From contig JAUCBJ010005935.1 of assembly GCA_032718475.1 (NCBI GenBank), positions 62,661-126,660 on the forward strand: a stretch of 64,000 bases of DNA. Reading direction: 5' to 3'. The translations under genes were made by a program, and so were the position numbers. Origin of the DNA: Nemertoderma westbladi. Its lineage: Eukaryota > Animalia > Xenacoelomorpha. Positions 61,095 through 64,000 of the stretch are shown piece by piece (the stretch's first letter is position 1; the number at the start of each line of letters is the position of its first letter). The notes under the pieces were generated by a model that was not told where the DNA came from, made no database searches, and worked only from the letters and a program-made list of their open reading frames with translations.

Positions 61095-64000
61095 CTTCTC
61101 TCACCTCTTCAATGTCAGATGTTGCAAATACTGATAACACGAATAACGGTATATATTTCAATACTTGTCAATAGTAATATATATAATTTAGATAACTATT
61201 TTATATCTGTACTGTTGAGCAAACTCTACATAAATTTCAACCTGTGTATCGCCGGTAGTGCTGTTGCTGTGCAAGTGCTGAAGTGCTAGTTGCCACCGGT
61301 CACGCGGTCAGCCGGTACCGGTAGTAGGGTGGTACCATGGCCTACTACACACAGGCCATGACAAGGACTTTGCTGTGAAATTAGCGTAGGCTGACTGATG
61401 AATTATCAAATATTATATTTTCCATGAATGCAGGGTCCATATTTAAAAGAAGATGACTAGATTTTCGTAAAGAATTTAATTGAAACAGTATTTAATAATT
61501 AATAAATTAATTAACGCTCGAGTTCCTGCAGCTTTTATTTGTTTGTGGCTGCCTCTGGCTATGTTTGTGGCAGGAATGTTTGAAAAGCTAATAAGTCGGT
61601 CAATCATGGATGAAATGGAACCAAACTTGGTGCACATGTAGTCTATAAAAAATTTAGAAATTCTACACACAGACGGACTTCTACAGTTCCCCGGTCTGCC
61701 GCTAGGGGGCGAATTAACAGAAACGTAAAAATAGCTGTAATTATAGAACCAAAGATCAGATTCATCTGAAATTTAGTAGTAGTTACCTAAGAGCATTGCT
61801 TAATTAGAAATTCTACAGAGACTTTTACAGTTCCTGCCTGCCGCTAGTGGGGAATTGTTAGAGCTCCAGTTCAACGTGCTTAGCACGGTTTAATAAACAA
61901 TAAATTAAGGGGGTTAAGGGGGCATCTGCCCCTCCGCAGGTATCTTGGGGGGGGGGGGGGCTTGCCCCCTCCCTAGCGAAAGGTAATGTGGTAAATCCGT
62001 ACCAGTGGGTACCGACTTGCTCGAAAACAGACCTCTCTGGGAAAAGACTTCTATTTTTTTTCAAAATTTTGTTACTACCCGGAGATATCCATTATAAAAC
62101 ACTCTGATATTTTTGTAAAATTCTGGAACTTTGGGAATTCGGGAAAAAATCGGGAAATTTTCTTCAAAGTTTTCTTCTTCGAACTGTAGCTTGTTTCCGA
62201 AACGTGCAGTGGCGTGCAGAAGGGGGGGGGGGGGGGGGGCGCCAAAATTTGAGCAGTAGTGGCATCATAGCCAGCTGATAGTATAATGGTGGTTCCAAGT
62301 TTAGCTTATTGATGCTAGACATTTAGCCCATCCAACATACAAACATAGTAGTTTGGTTCTGTATTGGTTGCATAGCCTTTCAGCACTGCCCACATTGCAC
62401 ATGTGAAGGTGTCACAGGTGAGAAGGTAGATGTCTCCTGCGATTGGTCCATGGTATGGTCACTGGAAATATCTCCATTGGTAAGTTCAGTGGCTTTGTGG
62501 TTTAAGGCATGTGCAAGTAAATTTAAGCAGTAAATTTCTTAATATAATATAATTTTGCAATTAAAATAGTCTTAAAATAGTCATTTAATTACTTCAATAT
62601 TTTACACTACCACACATGTTATGAAAGTTTGTGCGGCTAAAATACTAAAGTATATTTATTGCCTCGTAAATAATTAAATATAAGATAATTATTTTATTGC
62701 GCAGAACACCATCTCCATACCGAAACCTAACTAACCTGTTCGCGCCGCTGACTTTTTCTAACTCACAACGCGATATTTGTCACGGAGCGATGGTATTTTT
62801 ACGTTGAGTTGCAATACGCTAATTAATTAGTACTTTAATAGGCTTAATGAATATATGAAGTGTATGTATAGATTACGGTGCCCGGAATGTAATTGAACCG
62901 GACAACAATCGGACACAAAGGGCTGTCAATCACACACAGTGCACTGGCAATAAAGGGCAGAGAACAAATGGCTTGACACTCACCGTGTGCGGCAAATAGC
63001 TCCCCTTGTTTCCCTTTAATCGTTGAACAACGTCTTGTGTTATATCTTTCTTCATATATTACTTTCAATGCAGATTACAGTATATACCGTATATATCAAA
63101 CTTATTATACACTTAATAATTAATGATTTATAAATACTGCATAACTATTAAATTTAGTACTATTTGAACTTAATTTTATTGCTTTCCTATAGCAACTCTA
63201 TCGCGTTACGATGAGGGATAAATTAATAATCACCGCTCAATATTAAACCAAGGCCTTATATACCACATAACAAATAGGTATGTCCTATACACAAGTACAG
63301 CAGCTGCGATTGCCCTAGAAATTGAACCAATCACAGCGTCAGAAAGCTGTAAATCTAATTAACTGCCATATGGTTGTTACAGCTGAATCTTCTACAATAA
63401 GCAGAATATGAGAAAGAAAGAAAGCGCACAATATAAATTACGTTTCAATAACCTAACCAACCACCAATATGGCCCTCATGGATTTGCCTTAGGACGGCAG
63501 AATATATCAAGTTATTAATAGTAATGAATTCACTGTACCGTAATAGGGGAACATAATCATTGGTGAAATCAGGCTAGGGAATATAAACTAATGAGAGCTT
63601 ATAACGATATTTAAGATACTGAATAGGGCCTATAACAGATAAACTAAATATAGGCGAGTTTCACCAACACCGCCCCCAAAGGGTTTGTGTGGCATGTCCC
63701 AAAAACATATAAAATACTACAATTTTCTCAAAACACAAACTCTTTCAAAGAATGAAACAATAGTAAGTCGCCTATAAATATAAATCGCACATTGTTGCAA
63801 ATTTTACTAGTTCATTACTTGCTTGCATGCATAGGATAAAAATATTTCCATTAAGATATCATAATGTATACTGGACAGATTGTACGAAATTGATAATAAT
63901 TTTTGAGCAATTTAAATACAATAAAGATCAACCTCAAACTTAAATCAGTCATTGCTCCAAACTATTTAAATTTCAGTTACATACATCTGTAATCAACTAC

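Noticed and set aside
62280-62520. Possible exon or PHD-like fragment on the minus strand
   Set aside because: In-frame stop after CGQC and no supporting splice context.

Overview
AT-rich animal (invertebrate-like) genomic DNA. About 55.6 kb of the window is one minus-strand gene that the ORF track largely misses. I assembled 17 GT-AG coding exons by hand, all phase-consistent, from a signal-peptide exon at 55633 to a single exon of at least 18,093 bp that is still open at base 1. The protein is at least 6,871 aa. It starts like the PCDH15/Cad99C/CDHR5 cadherins (7 EC domains). It then carries about 40 copies of a 133-aa unit (Cys-substituted, apparently Ca-independent cadherin-like domain plus Thr/Pro/Cys mucin-like linker), split into two arrays by two tandem EC-EC-MAD(SEA-like) modules. 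Intron 3 (11.6 kb) is almost entirely a 53-bp satellite made by amplifying the last 45 nt of exon 3 plus its splice donor, and is interrupted by a truncated LTR retrotransposon. Intron 1 holds 21-bp and 48-bp satellites, three stacked MITEs and an intronless, antisense-nested nardilysin gene. A decayed piggyBac lies upstream of the cadherin start. Family assignments come from recalled motifs, not database searches.
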